64,000 nucleotides of DNA from a virus, in the IMG/VR virus record IMGVR_UViG_3300044613_002638, positions 43,448-107,447 of that record; one strand, 5' to 3'. Each line of letters starts with the position of its first letter. Within the stretch, counting starts at the first letter, position 1. The notes below the pieces were generated by a model. The model saw nothing but the letters and a program-made list of their open reading frames with translations, ran no database searches and was not told the DNA's origin. The position numbers were made by a program, and so were the translations under genes. Below, piece after piece: positions 40,933 through 49,862 of this stretch.

Positions 40933-41528
40933 AAACGGTATCCAAATTCTTCTATGACATTTGAAAACGATTTTTCAATCTTACTTTTAGTTTCATTTGT
41001 GTAAAGTTCTTGATAGTTTTTTACTTGCCTATACCCACTTTTTAAAAAAATTTCAAGCAATTCGTTATTGTATGGAACAGGAATATTTTGAAAATCCTCA
41101 TGCAATGATTCGTATTTTATAATTTTATCTACTATAATGTTGTCATGTAATGTGTATCTGTGCCAATCATTGAACTTGTTCAAATCTATGCAATTTAAAA
41201 AATGTTCAAAACTATGTTTGGCTATGATAGCATTTCGAGCAATTTTGTACCAAAAGTAAAAACTAACCATGGTGTCCCAAGGATTACGTACAATAGCAAA
41301 TTTAAAGTAATTCTTCCATTCAATAGGATAATTTTCAGCTACCCAACTGGCACCTATATGGTTACCGTTTTTAATAAATGTTCCAAGTCGCGGCGTGTTA
41401 TCAAAATTTGACCCTGTACAAATATCAGTAGTGGGGTCTAAATAATTGACTAAGTACTTTTCAACACTGGATCCAGCAGTTTTTTTTGTCTTAATAAATA
41501 TGAAACTGTGTTTTCTTGAAATTATCAT
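40929..41528 (-). CDS. Sulfotransferase family 2 protein; likely start 41528 (MIISRKH)
   Basis: 5'-PSB FIKTKKTAGSS and 3'-PB VRNPWDTMVSFY motifs; IIKYESL..DF; FGYRF end. Confidence 0.85.
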   Translation of the reverse strand: MIISRKHSFIFIKTKKTAGSSVEKYLVNYLDPTTDICTGSNFDNTPRLGTFIKNGNHIGASWVAENYPIEWKNYFKFAIVRNPWDTMVSFYFWYKIARNAIIAKHSFEHFLNCIDLNKFNDWHRYTLHDNIIVDKIIKYESLHEDFQNIPVPYNNELLEIFLKSGYRQVKNYQELYTNETKSKIEKSFSNVIEEFGYRF

Positions 41529-41538
41529 GTAATTATAT

Positions 41539-42417
41539 ATGACTAACAAAATATTTTTTATAGCTGAAATTGGGATCAATCATAATGGATCCATAAAAAC
41601 AGCACTACGACTAATTAGAGAGTGCAAAGCAGCTGGAGTTAACCTAGTTAAATTTCAAAAAAGAACACCTGCTATATGCGTACCTTTGGATCAACGAAAT
41701 CAAAAAAGACAAACTCCTTGGGGCATATTAACTTATTATGATTACAAAAACAAGATTGAATTCGAAAAAAAGCACTACGACATAATTGATCGCTACTGTA
41801 AAAAAATTGGAATTCTGTGGACCGCTAGTGTGTGGGATATACCTAGTTTTAATTTTATTCAAAATTATAATGTACCATTTGTCAAAATTCCCAGTGCCTT
41901 AATTACTAATGTTAAGTTGCTAGAAGAAGTTGCTATGTTTGCTACATGTCCAGTTATTATTTCTGTAGGAATGAGCACAATAAATGAAGTAGATAGAGCT
42001 GTTAGCATATTGTCAGACAAGTTATATGCTATTCTACATTGTAACAGTTCATACCCATCAAAATACAATGAAATAGATATACGTGTTATAGAAACTTTGA
42101 AGTTAAAATATCCAAATTTAACAATTGGTTATAGCGGACACGAAAAAGACATTTTACCAAGTATAGTTGCAGCAAGTTTTGGTGCAGAGATAATCGAAAG
42201 ACATGTAACTCTTAATAAAAATATGTGGGGTACAGATCACTCTGCTAGTCTTGACATCACAGAATTAAACTTATTATTGCAAACTTTGCAAAACATAGAA
42301 ATTATTTTAGGAAAAAAGGAACTAACTGTTTACCCAAGTGAAACAGCAGCAATGCAACGTCTAAGGATTGACAGCAACTTTTTGGTAAATACTGAGTCTG
42401 GTGCTCATGGAACTTAA
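41539..42417 (+). CDS. neuB: N-acetylneuraminate (nonulosonate) synthase family
   Basis: FIAEIGINHNG, VKFQKR, KIPSA, LHCNSSYP, GYSGHE, IERHVTL, GTDHSASL. Confidence 0.92.
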   Translation: MTNKIFFIAEIGINHNGSIKTALRLIRECKAAGVNLVKFQKRTPAICVPLDQRNQKRQTPWGILTYYDYKNKIEFEKKHYDIIDRYCKKIGILWTASVWDIPSFNFIQNYNVPFVKIPSALITNVKLLEEVAMFATCPVIISVGMSTINEVDRAVSILSDKLYAILHCNSSYPSKYNEIDIRVIETLKLKYPNLTIGYSGHEKDILPSIVAASFGAEIIERHVTLNKNMWGTDHSASLDITELNLLLQTLQNIEIILGKKELTVYPSETAAMQRLRIDSNFLVNTESGAHGT

Positions 42418-42419
42418 TA

Positions 42420-43133
42420 ATGCAAAGCATTAAAAAACTATTTAGAAATATCTATTATGAAGAAGATATTTACACCCTTGCTTCTTATACAAACGGCCAA
42501 TGGAATTACGAATTAGAAAATGTTCCTAAAACTATTAACAATGTCCGTCACGGGCAAACTGCTATAGTTATAGGTAACGGATTAGATAGATTAACATTTG
42601 ATTTAAAATACTTAAAAAAAAGCAAACTGCAAACTTACGGGTGTAATGCTCTTTATAGAGATTTTAACCCAGATTTTTTGATAGCTGTAGGCACTGAAAT
42701 GTGTAATGAAATCGCAACAAGTGGTTATTGCGATAATCATGTAGTATATGCCTATGCTAGTGAAATTGTTCGGCAACCAAAGAAATTTCACTTGATTCCA
42801 CAAAACCCAACTTGGAACGCAGGATCTTTAGCAGCCTATCTGGCTTGTTTTGATGGACACACCAAAGTCTATCTACTAGGTTTTGATGGCAACGATACTC
42901 CGGGATATAGCAATAATATTTACAATAACACCCCAGGATATTACTCAGACTTCAAAGATCAAAATGACCTGTATTGGAGTCTTACAATGACACAGGTCTT
43001 TAAAACATACCTTTTTGTTGATTTTGTGTTAGTTAATAGTACTGGCAGAGGTTATATGCCTACAGCATGGCAAAATGTACCTAATTTAAGAAGAATTAGT
43101 TATAGAGATCTAGTGCTCGAGTGCGATCTCTAA
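42420..43133 (+). CDS. Putative CstII/Maf(DUF115)-like glycosyltransferase
   Basis: AIVIGNG..R...YGCNALY....PDFLIA...AG..AAYLA...GH.KVYLLGFD resembles GT42/Maf motifs; TAAATA at 42386-42391. Confidence 0.55.
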   Translation: MQSIKKLFRNIYYEEDIYTLASYTNGQWNYELENVPKTINNVRHGQTAIVIGNGLDRLTFDLKYLKKSKLQTYGCNALYRDFNPDFLIAVGTEMCNEIATSGYCDNHVVYAYASEIVRQPKKFHLIPQNPTWNAGSLAAYLACFDGHTKVYLLGFDGNDTPGYSNNIYNNTPGYYSDFKDQNDLYWSLTMTQVFKTYLFVDFVLVNSTGRGYMPTAWQNVPNLRRISYRDLVLECDL

Positions 43134-43550
43134 AGCTGATTCAAATGTTTTTATTTTGTCAATAATACAATTAAAACTAAAAGTTCTCCATACACCAGGG
43201 TGAAGTGGTTTAGGACAATCGTTGATAGTAGTCCATGCATAACCTCGATGTTCAGAGTTTAGTTGTGGTATAAATTCATCATCAACTGTTATTAAATAGG
43301 TATGATATTCAAAACTGGTGTTTTCTGCTGTAAATTTTTCTAAAGGTATTATTTTTAAAATTTCAATGTCGCCAATTTCTTCGTTGATTTCTCTTCTTAG
43401 TGCATTTATGGGAGTTTCGTTTTGCTCAACACCACCGCCAACCAAACCCCATGATCCTGAATGTTTTTTTTGATTTCTTAACAAAAACAAATATCGATGA
43501 GTTTTTTTACTATAAATTAAAGCACCACATCCTATATTACTATTGACCAT
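43110..43550 (-). CDS. NUDIX hydrolase
   Basis: Nudix box GGGVEQNETPINALRREINEEIG; LNSEH..YAW; LHPG. Confidence 0.9.
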   Translation of the reverse strand: MVNSNIGCGALIYSKKTHRYLFLLRNQKKHSGSWGLVGGGVEQNETPINALRREINEEIGDIEILKIIPLEKFTAENTSFEYHTYLITVDDEFIPQLNSEHRGYAWTTINDCPKPLHPGVWRTFSFNCIIDKIKTFESALEIALEH

Positions 43551-44890
43551 TCGCCGCCTCGATATACACCTTCTACACTTTTAACCCATTCACTACCAGT
43601 CCATCTGTACTGTATACCAGTAAGATTATTAAGTATATATTCCATTGAAGTTTCAGTGTCGCTATCAAATACAACTTGCCACGATGATCCATTGTATTGA
43701 ATAATATCGTTAGCATTTGCCACCAGGTCCCCCCATACTACGCTACCATCTAGGTTACTGAGACTGCCAATATCGTCGGTCAATAAATATCTAGTATTTG
43801 CACTTGGTGCCAATAAGTTGCTATCAACTTTTACATTTTGAGGATTAATAATTGCATCAACTGGCATTAATGTATTTGACGGAAGTGTGTCTTCAAACGG
43901 ATCATATAGTAGAATGTATGGATCGGTGGGATGATATGCTATTGTGCCGATTAACTCTGCTCCAGTAGGCAAAGCTAATCTAATTTCTGTTGTACCTGTT
44001 ACTAGAGTTCCATAAATTTCTATTACCGATTTCCAGGTTACCGGTGGTTGCACATTTATGATATTATTGTTATCATCGACAACTTCTTGATATTTTAATA
44101 ACTGTAGTTGGTTGCCAGTGTATAATATTCCATAATCCAATGGGGTTACATATCTTCTAGATACTAAGTTAGTTAATAAAGTATTTTCATTGAGCATGCC
44201 TTGTTCGTCGTATATGCTGCCTATAAATTTTTGAATTACGCCCAAGCGTTTTACTTTAGCAGGTGCGCTTATCCAAATTGGCATTGTAAATGTTAGTGTA
44301 GCAACATCAATGGGTTCTTCTGTTCCAGCTGGTATTACTCTAGATGTCCACAACACACTTGTTAGCTGTACATAGCTCAAACTGGCCCAATCAATGTAAT
44401 TGTCAGTGCTTTGAATTTCAAATGAAGGATTAAACAATACAGCCAATTGTTCAATCAATTGCATTTTTTGTTCGGTATTACTAGTCCATATATCTAATTT
44501 GACTTCGAGATTATAAGGAACTGGCATTAATCGTTCAATGGTATAACTGTCGCCTTGTTGATTTGAATAAAGTCCTGTTTCTGGATCGTATTGCCGTTCT
44601 CGTAACTGCATTTTACTTACAAAATAAGGCTCTTGGACTCTAGTTTGATCGTAAGTAAAACCACTGATATAGGCACTCATTGCCGGTACTGCATTCATTA
44701 TATTTTCGCTGTTTTGTTTAAGTATTGTGGCTGCTTGTCTGCTAGGGTCACCATAATAAACAGGAACTCTTTGTAACGTTCTTACACCATCTCGGTCCTT
44801 GCCAAATTCTACGTCAAAGTTACTTACGATTCTTATAAATTGAATTAAGAATCTTCTTATTTGCGCATCGTAAAAGAATTGTTGAGCCAT
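43532..44890 (-). CDS. gp15: Tail sheath stabiliser/tail terminator (T4 gp15-like) with C-terminal extension
   Basis: FFYD.QIRRF..QF...F, VP.YYG, MPVPYNL...L.IWT.N..QK.QLIEQ...LFNP; adjacent to gp14. Confidence 0.8.
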   Translation of the reverse strand: MAQQFFYDAQIRRFLIQFIRIVSNFDVEFGKDRDGVRTLQRVPVYYGDPSRQAATILKQNSENIMNAVPAMSAYISGFTYDQTRVQEPYFVSKMQLRERQYDPETGLYSNQQGDSYTIERLMPVPYNLEVKLDIWTSNTEQKMQLIEQLAVLFNPSFEIQSTDNYIDWASLSYVQLTSVLWTSRVIPAGTEEPIDVATLTFTMPIWISAPAKVKRLGVIQKFIGSIYDEQGMLNENTLLTNLVSRRYVTPLDYGILYTGNQLQLLKYQEVVDDNNNIINVQPPVTWKSVIEIYGTLVTGTTEIRLALPTGAELIGTIAYHPTDPYILLYDPFEDTLPSNTLMPVDAIINPQNVKVDSNLLAPSANTRYLLTDDIGSLSNLDGSVVWGDLVANANDIIQYNGSSWQVVFDSDTETSMEYILNNLTGIQYRWTGSEWVKSVEGVYRGGEWSIVI

Positions 44891-46275
44891 TAATTATCTG
44901 CCTTGGGTCTTAAAGCCTGGCTTAAACTTTGCCTACTAGTGACTTCGCCAGTGTTGTTTACAAATGTACTGGTGTTATTAATAAAGTAACTACGTAATGT
45001 AGTGTTATCAGGACCTTGAGTTAGTGTAGTCCTTACATTATCTTCTATTTTTACCCAGCGTCTGCCGTCCCATCTAAATAACCTATTAGGCAGATAATCA
45101 GTGCGTAAAGCATAATCGCCTACTAGCGGATTATTAGGAAATGCTATTCCAGAAAATACTGGTAAACCATTTGGTGCTGAGCCTGTGCCGGTTAAGTAAC
45201 CTTGAACAGTAGCATCAGGACTTTCAATGCCGCTGTCGGCATCTACTGTAACATTATCTCCTGTTGAAATATTGTTATCAGCCGAAACACCTGATGGGTC
45301 TCCTGGACTACCATCGGGTTGGGTAGGTTTGATGTATAAAGTGCTAATGTCATAACCACTAAACGGAACATTAGTTTCTGCTTCACGTAATATCGCATCA
45401 TTAATTTCTATGTACTTGTTTACAATGCTAGATACAGATCCCAATGATACATTGCCTGTATTTCCTGTTATTGGATCAATATCAACTTTTATTTGATTTA
45501 AAATATCTTTATATTCTTGACTATCTGTAAGTGGATTTATTTTAACACGCCATAAATGCGGCCACCATGTTGCAGAATATCCTTCTGCAGCATTATTACA
45601 ATCACTAATTACATAGTATCTTTTTAGAGCCACTGGTATGCTATCATCAAGGGGGTAGTAATCTTTAAGATGCATGAGTTCAATGACATCACCTGGCATT
45701 AATTTTCTGCCTAAACTAGCAACTAAGTCATTAATATGAAACACCATGAATAAAGTTCCAGTTTGCAGGAACATGCCAAATTGGCTGAGATCAAATGTTA
45801 CGTCTTGTGTTTGATATATCCCTCGCAATGAATAAACATTAGGATCATATTTTCTATCACGATTTTCTAAAAACAAAAGATCTTGTATGTTAAGAGCAGA
45901 TTCATTAATATAGCTAGGCTTGGCTGCATCAGTATAAAATTTTACAGTTGCGCCTGATGACAATGCACTTGTAGTACTAGCGGTAAGTGTTATTGTATTT
46001 GCTGTTTTAGCAGATACCTGGGTACCTGTAGCGATACCAGTAGCAGTTACAAACATACCTAGATCAATGTCTGATGTTGAAGAAAACGAAAGTATGTTGC
46101 CTGCAACGGGCTGGGCCGAACTTGTTGTTTTTGTTAAATTTTGCTCAGTTGTACCAAGATATTTGTGTACCAAGATGCCAGTTCCGCCAACAGTGAACAT
46201 TTCACTGATATTGCGGTCAATGTATTTGTAGTCGTTACTATGAGCTCCGTCTTTCCAAAGCGATAATCTTGGCAC
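44890..46275 (-). CDS. gp14: Neck protein (T4 gp14-like), GTG start
   Basis: IQDLLFLENRDRKY, LSQFG.F, GRKLMPGDVIEL.H; upstream of gp15; TAAATA on - strand at 46296-46301. Confidence 0.7.
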   Translation of the reverse strand: MPRLSLWKDGAHSNDYKYIDRNISEMFTVGGTGILVHKYLGTTEQNLTKTTSSAQPVAGNILSFSSTSDIDLGMFVTATGIATGTQVSAKTANTITLTASTTSALSSGATVKFYTDAAKPSYINESALNIQDLLFLENRDRKYDPNVYSLRGIYQTQDVTFDLSQFGMFLQTGTLFMVFHINDLVASLGRKLMPGDVIELMHLKDYYPLDDSIPVALKRYYVISDCNNAAEGYSATWWPHLWRVKINPLTDSQEYKDILNQIKVDIDPITGNTGNVSLGSVSSIVNKYIEINDAILREAETNVPFSGYDISTLYIKPTQPDGSPGDPSGVSADNNISTGDNVTVDADSGIESPDATVQGYLTGTGSAPNGLPVFSGIAFPNNPLVGDYALRTDYLPNRLFRWDGRRWVKIEDNVRTTLTQGPDNTTLRSYFINNTSTFVNNTGEVTSRQSLSQALRPKADN

Positions 46276-46314
46276 AATTGTTTCCTGTTATCTAGTATTT
46301 AGCGGACACCAAAA

Positions 46315-46343
46315 TTGACACAAATTAGGCAATGCTATATACT
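46315..46343 (+). promoter_or_regulatory. Sigma70-type early promoter
   Basis: TTGACA-17 nt-TATACT. Confidence 0.8.
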
Positions 46344-46348
46344 ATATT

Positions 46349-46630
46349 ATGAGTGATTTTAATTCTCTCGACGACTGGCCGGCTATAGATAGCCAAATTA
46401 GACGCAATCTATGGGCCATGTACAACTTGGCAAACAAACGTCAGCTGGAGCGTATGTACAGAAATTTGGAGGCAAGTGTAAATGAACTTAGCCGGTTAAA
46501 TGTTGATAGACGTAGGTACGGACACTCTGTACGCTATGACGAACAGTTAACAAAAGTGCAACAAGAGTTGCAAGAATTGCAAGGTTGGCTAATGTTTGGT
46601 GCCCTACTTGACCAAAAACCCAAAGAGTAG
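46349..46630 (+). CDS. Hypothetical early protein (helical, 93 aa), probably leaderless
   Basis: ATG 5 nt downstream of the -10 box; no SD. Confidence 0.7.
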   Translation: MSDFNSLDDWPAIDSQIRRNLWAMYNLANKRQLERMYRNLEASVNELSRLNVDRRRYGHSVRYDEQLTKVQQELQELQGWLMFGALLDQKPKE

Positions 46631-46636
46631 TATAAT
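46608..46636 (+). promoter_or_regulatory. Sigma70-type early promoter
   Basis: TTGACC-17 nt-TATAAT. Confidence 0.8.
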
Positions 46637-46665
46637 TATATTTTATACAACTCAAGGAGTTTGTA

Positions 46666-47835
46666 ATGGCACTTGCACAGTCTATCAAAGCACCCAAAAA
46701 AGCCCCACCAAAAAAGCGTGATCCACTGTTCGCTGATGAGAAGCACACAGGACGTGAACCAGTGTGGGATACTGAACGAGCACTTGCAATGACGCAAGAA
46801 GAATTCGATCATCACTTGCGTAAAAGTTTTTTCTACTACAATTATTTTTATAGTACCAAAGACCTAAAAAAATATGTAGTAGATTGGATGAAGGATCATT
46901 ATAGCAAAGTAGATGTCAGTCGCTTTATTCGTAGTAGCGATCGACTACTTCCTATCACTGTTTGTAGTTTGATTAAAGCACACAAACAAGGCATGCCGTT
47001 GCGTGACAAAGAATTGAACTACGTTCGGGACCGCATAGACGAAATCTTGGGCAGTGATATTCCAGAAGAAGTTGTACAAAATACCGCAGTGGTTGCACCT
47101 GCTGCTGTAAAAACTATCCAAGATCGTCTTAATGAAAAAACCAGCGAACATCTAGGACACTTTGAAGGCTTGTATGACGAAGTAGTGGCAGGTGGCACAG
47201 TTGACCCAAAAGCTTACGACTATCTAGTAAGCAATGCAGTGCCGCAAAGTCAAATTAAAAAGTTTGAAGATTTGTTCTTAGCTCGCAAAACTGAACTAGG
47301 CGAAGCACTAGGTCGGGCTGACGAACAAATAGCCGAAGCATATCGTCACTACAAGGCTTCTGACTATAAGCGCCATCATGCGTTTATTCAAAGTATATTA
47401 GACGCACTAGACCAGTATCGTAATGTCAAGAAAGCAACTAAAAAAGCTCGTGTCAAACGGGCACCTAATAAAGAAAAGGTTGTTAGCAAGCTCAAGTATT
47501 TAAAAGAAGAAAAGACACTAAAATTGGTGTCTATAAATCCGGTAGATATTATTGGTGCACAAGAATTATGGTGTTATAACACTAAAACTCGTAAATTATA
47601 CAAGTATGTTGCTGATAGTGTAACTGGACCTTTGGGCATCAAAGGTACTTCACTGACTGGCTACAATGAATCTTCAAGCATTGGCAAAACACTTAGAAAG
47701 CCCGAAGAAAAGCTAAAAGAGTTCTTCAAAGCTACCAAAGTGCAATTGCGTAAATTCTTAGAAGATATCAAAGCCACAGAAACGCTAGGCAATGGACGTT
47801 TAAATTCAGATACCATTCTCCTTAAAGTGCAATAA
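46666..47835 (+). CDS. Hypothetical T4-superfamily protein (basic C-terminus)
   Basis: 389 aa; AAGGAG RBS; INPVDIIGAQELW.YNTKTRKL...KTLRKPEE motif recalled from T4-like phage hypotheticals. Confidence 0.7.
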   Translation: MALAQSIKAPKKAPPKKRDPLFADEKHTGREPVWDTERALAMTQEEFDHHLRKSFFYYNYFYSTKDLKKYVVDWMKDHYSKVDVSRFIRSSDRLLPITVCSLIKAHKQGMPLRDKELNYVRDRIDEILGSDIPEEVVQNTAVVAPAAVKTIQDRLNEKTSEHLGHFEGLYDEVVAGGTVDPKAYDYLVSNAVPQSQIKKFEDLFLARKTELGEALGRADEQIAEAYRHYKASDYKRHHAFIQSILDALDQYRNVKKATKKARVKRAPNKEKVVSKLKYLKEEKTLKLVSINPVDIIGAQELWCYNTKTRKLYKYVADSVTGPLGIKGTSLTGYNESSSIGKTLRKPEEKLKEFFKATKVQLRKFLEDIKATETLGNGRLNSDTILLKVQ

Positions 47836-47860
47836 ATACGTTGTACTTTAGGATATATGG

Positions 47861-48781
47861 ATGTCTAACCCTTTTACTGGTAATGTAGTTCCTGATACAA
47901 CTTATTTTTACGCCAATGGCGTGTTGAAATCAGATAGTCTTTATAACCCTGCTACTGGATCTGGTGTAGGGCATATTGAGTTTGACGAAAACGCAGAATG
48001 GTTAGACTCGCTTAACAAGCGTCGAGCCGCAATTACAGACTACATCAGGATGAGGCTCGGCGATGGTATTGTTGATGTAGAACTCGACAAGGAGCATTAC
48101 GAAATGTCCATTGATCAGGCTTTGCTAAAATATAGACAGCGAGCTGGGAATAGTCAAGAAGAAAGCTATGCATTCTTAAAATTATTTCCTGAAACACAGG
48201 AAATCATACTGCCTAGTGTTGTTATGGATGTTAGAGCTGCATATAGACGCGGCATTGGGTCAGTTTCGGGCACAACTGCTAGTCAATTTGAACCATTTGC
48301 ATCAGGTTATTTAAATACCTATATGCTAGTGGCAGGGCGTGTGGGCGGATTGCTGAATTACGAATTGTTTGTTGATTATCAAAAACTAGCCATGCGTATG
48401 TTTGGCGGTTATTTAAACTATACATTTAACAAAACAACTAAAAAACTTACACTGATTAGAAAAATTCCTTTTGCAGGAGCTAATTCTAATCCCAATGATT
48501 TTGAAGATGTATTACTGCACTTGTATAACTACAAGCCAGATAGTATGTTATTAAACGACTATCAGGCATTTCCTTGGATACAAGAATATGCCTATAGTTT
48601 TGCCAAACGAATAGTAGGCGAAGCTAGAGAAAAATTTGCTAGTATTGCAGGACCACAAGGTGGTACGCAACTAAACGGTGCCACACTTAAAGGTGAAGCT
48701 ACCGCTGAAATGGAAAAGTTGGAACAAGAATTGAAAGATTATGTTGATGGTTCTTATCCAATGACATGGGTGATAGGCTAA
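47861..48781 (+). CDS. gp13: Neck protein (T4 gp13-like)
   Basis: YIRMRLG..IVDVELD..H....IDQAL; WIQEYA....K...GE.R.KF..I.GPQGG.QLNG..L..EA..E...LE.EL; TAAATA at 47833-47838. Confidence 0.85.
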   Translation: MSNPFTGNVVPDTTYFYANGVLKSDSLYNPATGSGVGHIEFDENAEWLDSLNKRRAAITDYIRMRLGDGIVDVELDKEHYEMSIDQALLKYRQRAGNSQEESYAFLKLFPETQEIILPSVVMDVRAAYRRGIGSVSGTTASQFEPFASGYLNTYMLVAGRVGGLLNYELFVDYQKLAMRMFGGYLNYTFNKTTKKLTLIRKIPFAGANSNPNDFEDVLLHLYNYKPDSMLLNDYQAFPWIQEYAYSFAKRIVGEAREKFASIAGPQGGTQLNGATLKGEATAEMEKLEQELKDYVDGSYPMTWVIG

Positions 48782-49155
48782 TGAAAATTAAAGATATTAT
48801 TGTTGAAACGGCAGGAGAATTAAGTAAGCGTCAACGTTTTGCAATGCGCGGACTCAATCGATTTACAGATGGTAAAAAATGGAACAGCGATTATACACTC
48901 TATCGCTTAGGACTTGCATTAGCAGCCACTGATGGTAAAACTATGCCGCCGGTGGATGAAGAATCCTGGTTAGGTAAGTGGAAAGCTACCGCCCCATACA
49001 GCAAAGAAGAACAAGATATGTTGAAATTAGCGTACAAACAGGTACATGCTAACTACGAAGACATGAACAATGGTGATATGCGTAGTCAGGAGGGACCGAC
49101 GATTAACAAAAGCAGTCCGGTACCAAAAAAAATAAAAAACAAATATGGTGTTTGA
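48781..49155 (+). CDS. Hypothetical protein; true start 48781 (MKIKDIIVE)
   Basis: TAATG coupling with gp13 stop. Confidence 0.7.
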   Translation: MKIKDIIVETAGELSKRQRFAMRGLNRFTDGKKWNSDYTLYRLGLALAATDGKTMPPVDEESWLGKWKATAPYSKEEQDMLKLAYKQVHANYEDMNNGDMRSQEGPTINKSSPVPKKIKNKYGV

Positions 49156-49179
49156 CTTGCACTTACACTGTAGTATAAT
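49152..49179 (+). promoter_or_regulatory. Sigma70-type promoter for dNMP kinase
   Basis: TTGACT-16 nt-TATAAT. Confidence 0.7.
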
Positions 49180-49202
49180 ATGCTCCTTAGGGGGCATTTT
49201 TT
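49180..49202 (+). terminator. Hairpin plus T-tract overlapping dNMP kinase RBS
   Basis: ATGCTCC-TTAG-GGGGCAT then TTTTT and ATG. Confidence 0.6.
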
Positions 49203-49862
49203 ATGATTATAGGCATCACAGGATTTATTTCAAGTGGCAAGGACACCGTAGCCAATTATCTAGTGGCAAAACACGGATTTGTAAGAGATAGCTTTGCAGG
49301 AACTCTTAAAGACGCTGTAGCTAAAGTATTTGGATGGGACAGAGAGCTGCTAGAAGGTTTGACCCCCGAAGCTAGAGAATGGCGAGAACAAGTTGATCCA
49401 TGGTGGAGCAAACGTCTGAACATGCCCCGACTTACTCCAAGATTAATGCTCCAACTATGGGGCACTGAAGTCTGTAGGAGCGGATTTCATGATGACATAT
49501 GGATAGCCAGCTTAGAAAACAGGTTGCGTAAAACCACTGAAGACATTGTAATTAGTGATGTAAGATTCCCTAACGAAATAGCAGCAATAAGAAAACACGG
49601 TGGCATATGTATATGGGTAAAACGAGGCCCACTACCAGAGTGGTATGAGTGTGCATTACGAGAAAATACTACCCGTGAAGATAGGCAATGGCTGTTAGAG
49701 GATGCAGGGCAATTAATGCCGCAACGTTACCCTCTAGTGCATGCTAGTGAATGGGCTTGGATTGGGCAGACTTTTAACTACGAAATAGAAAATAACGGCT
49801 CAATCGAGGAACTATATCTAAAAGTCAATAATCTGCTACTAGCGGACTCTCACGCCAGGTAG
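49203..49862 (+). CDS. gp1: Deoxynucleoside monophosphate kinase (T4 gp1-like)
   Basis: IIGITGFISSGKDT P-loop, SFAGTLKD, TPR..LQ.WGTE, ISDVRFPNE, HASE. Confidence 0.92.
   Translation: MIIGITGFISSGKDTVANYLVAKHGFVRDSFAGTLKDAVAKVFGWDRELLEGLTPEAREWREQVDPWWSKRLNMPRLTPRLMLQLWGTEVCRSGFHDDIWIASLENRLRKTTEDIVISDVRFPNEIAAIRKHGGICIWVKRGPLPEWYECALRENTTREDRQWLLEDAGQLMPQRYPLVHASEWAWIGQTFNYEIENNGSIEELYLKVNNLLLADSHAR

Noticed and set aside
43110-43550. NUDIX hydrolase as part of the sugar-modification island
   Set aside because: Opposite strand and overlapping the gp15 3' end, so it belongs to the gp14-gp15 transcript; a nucleotide-sugar role cannot be supported
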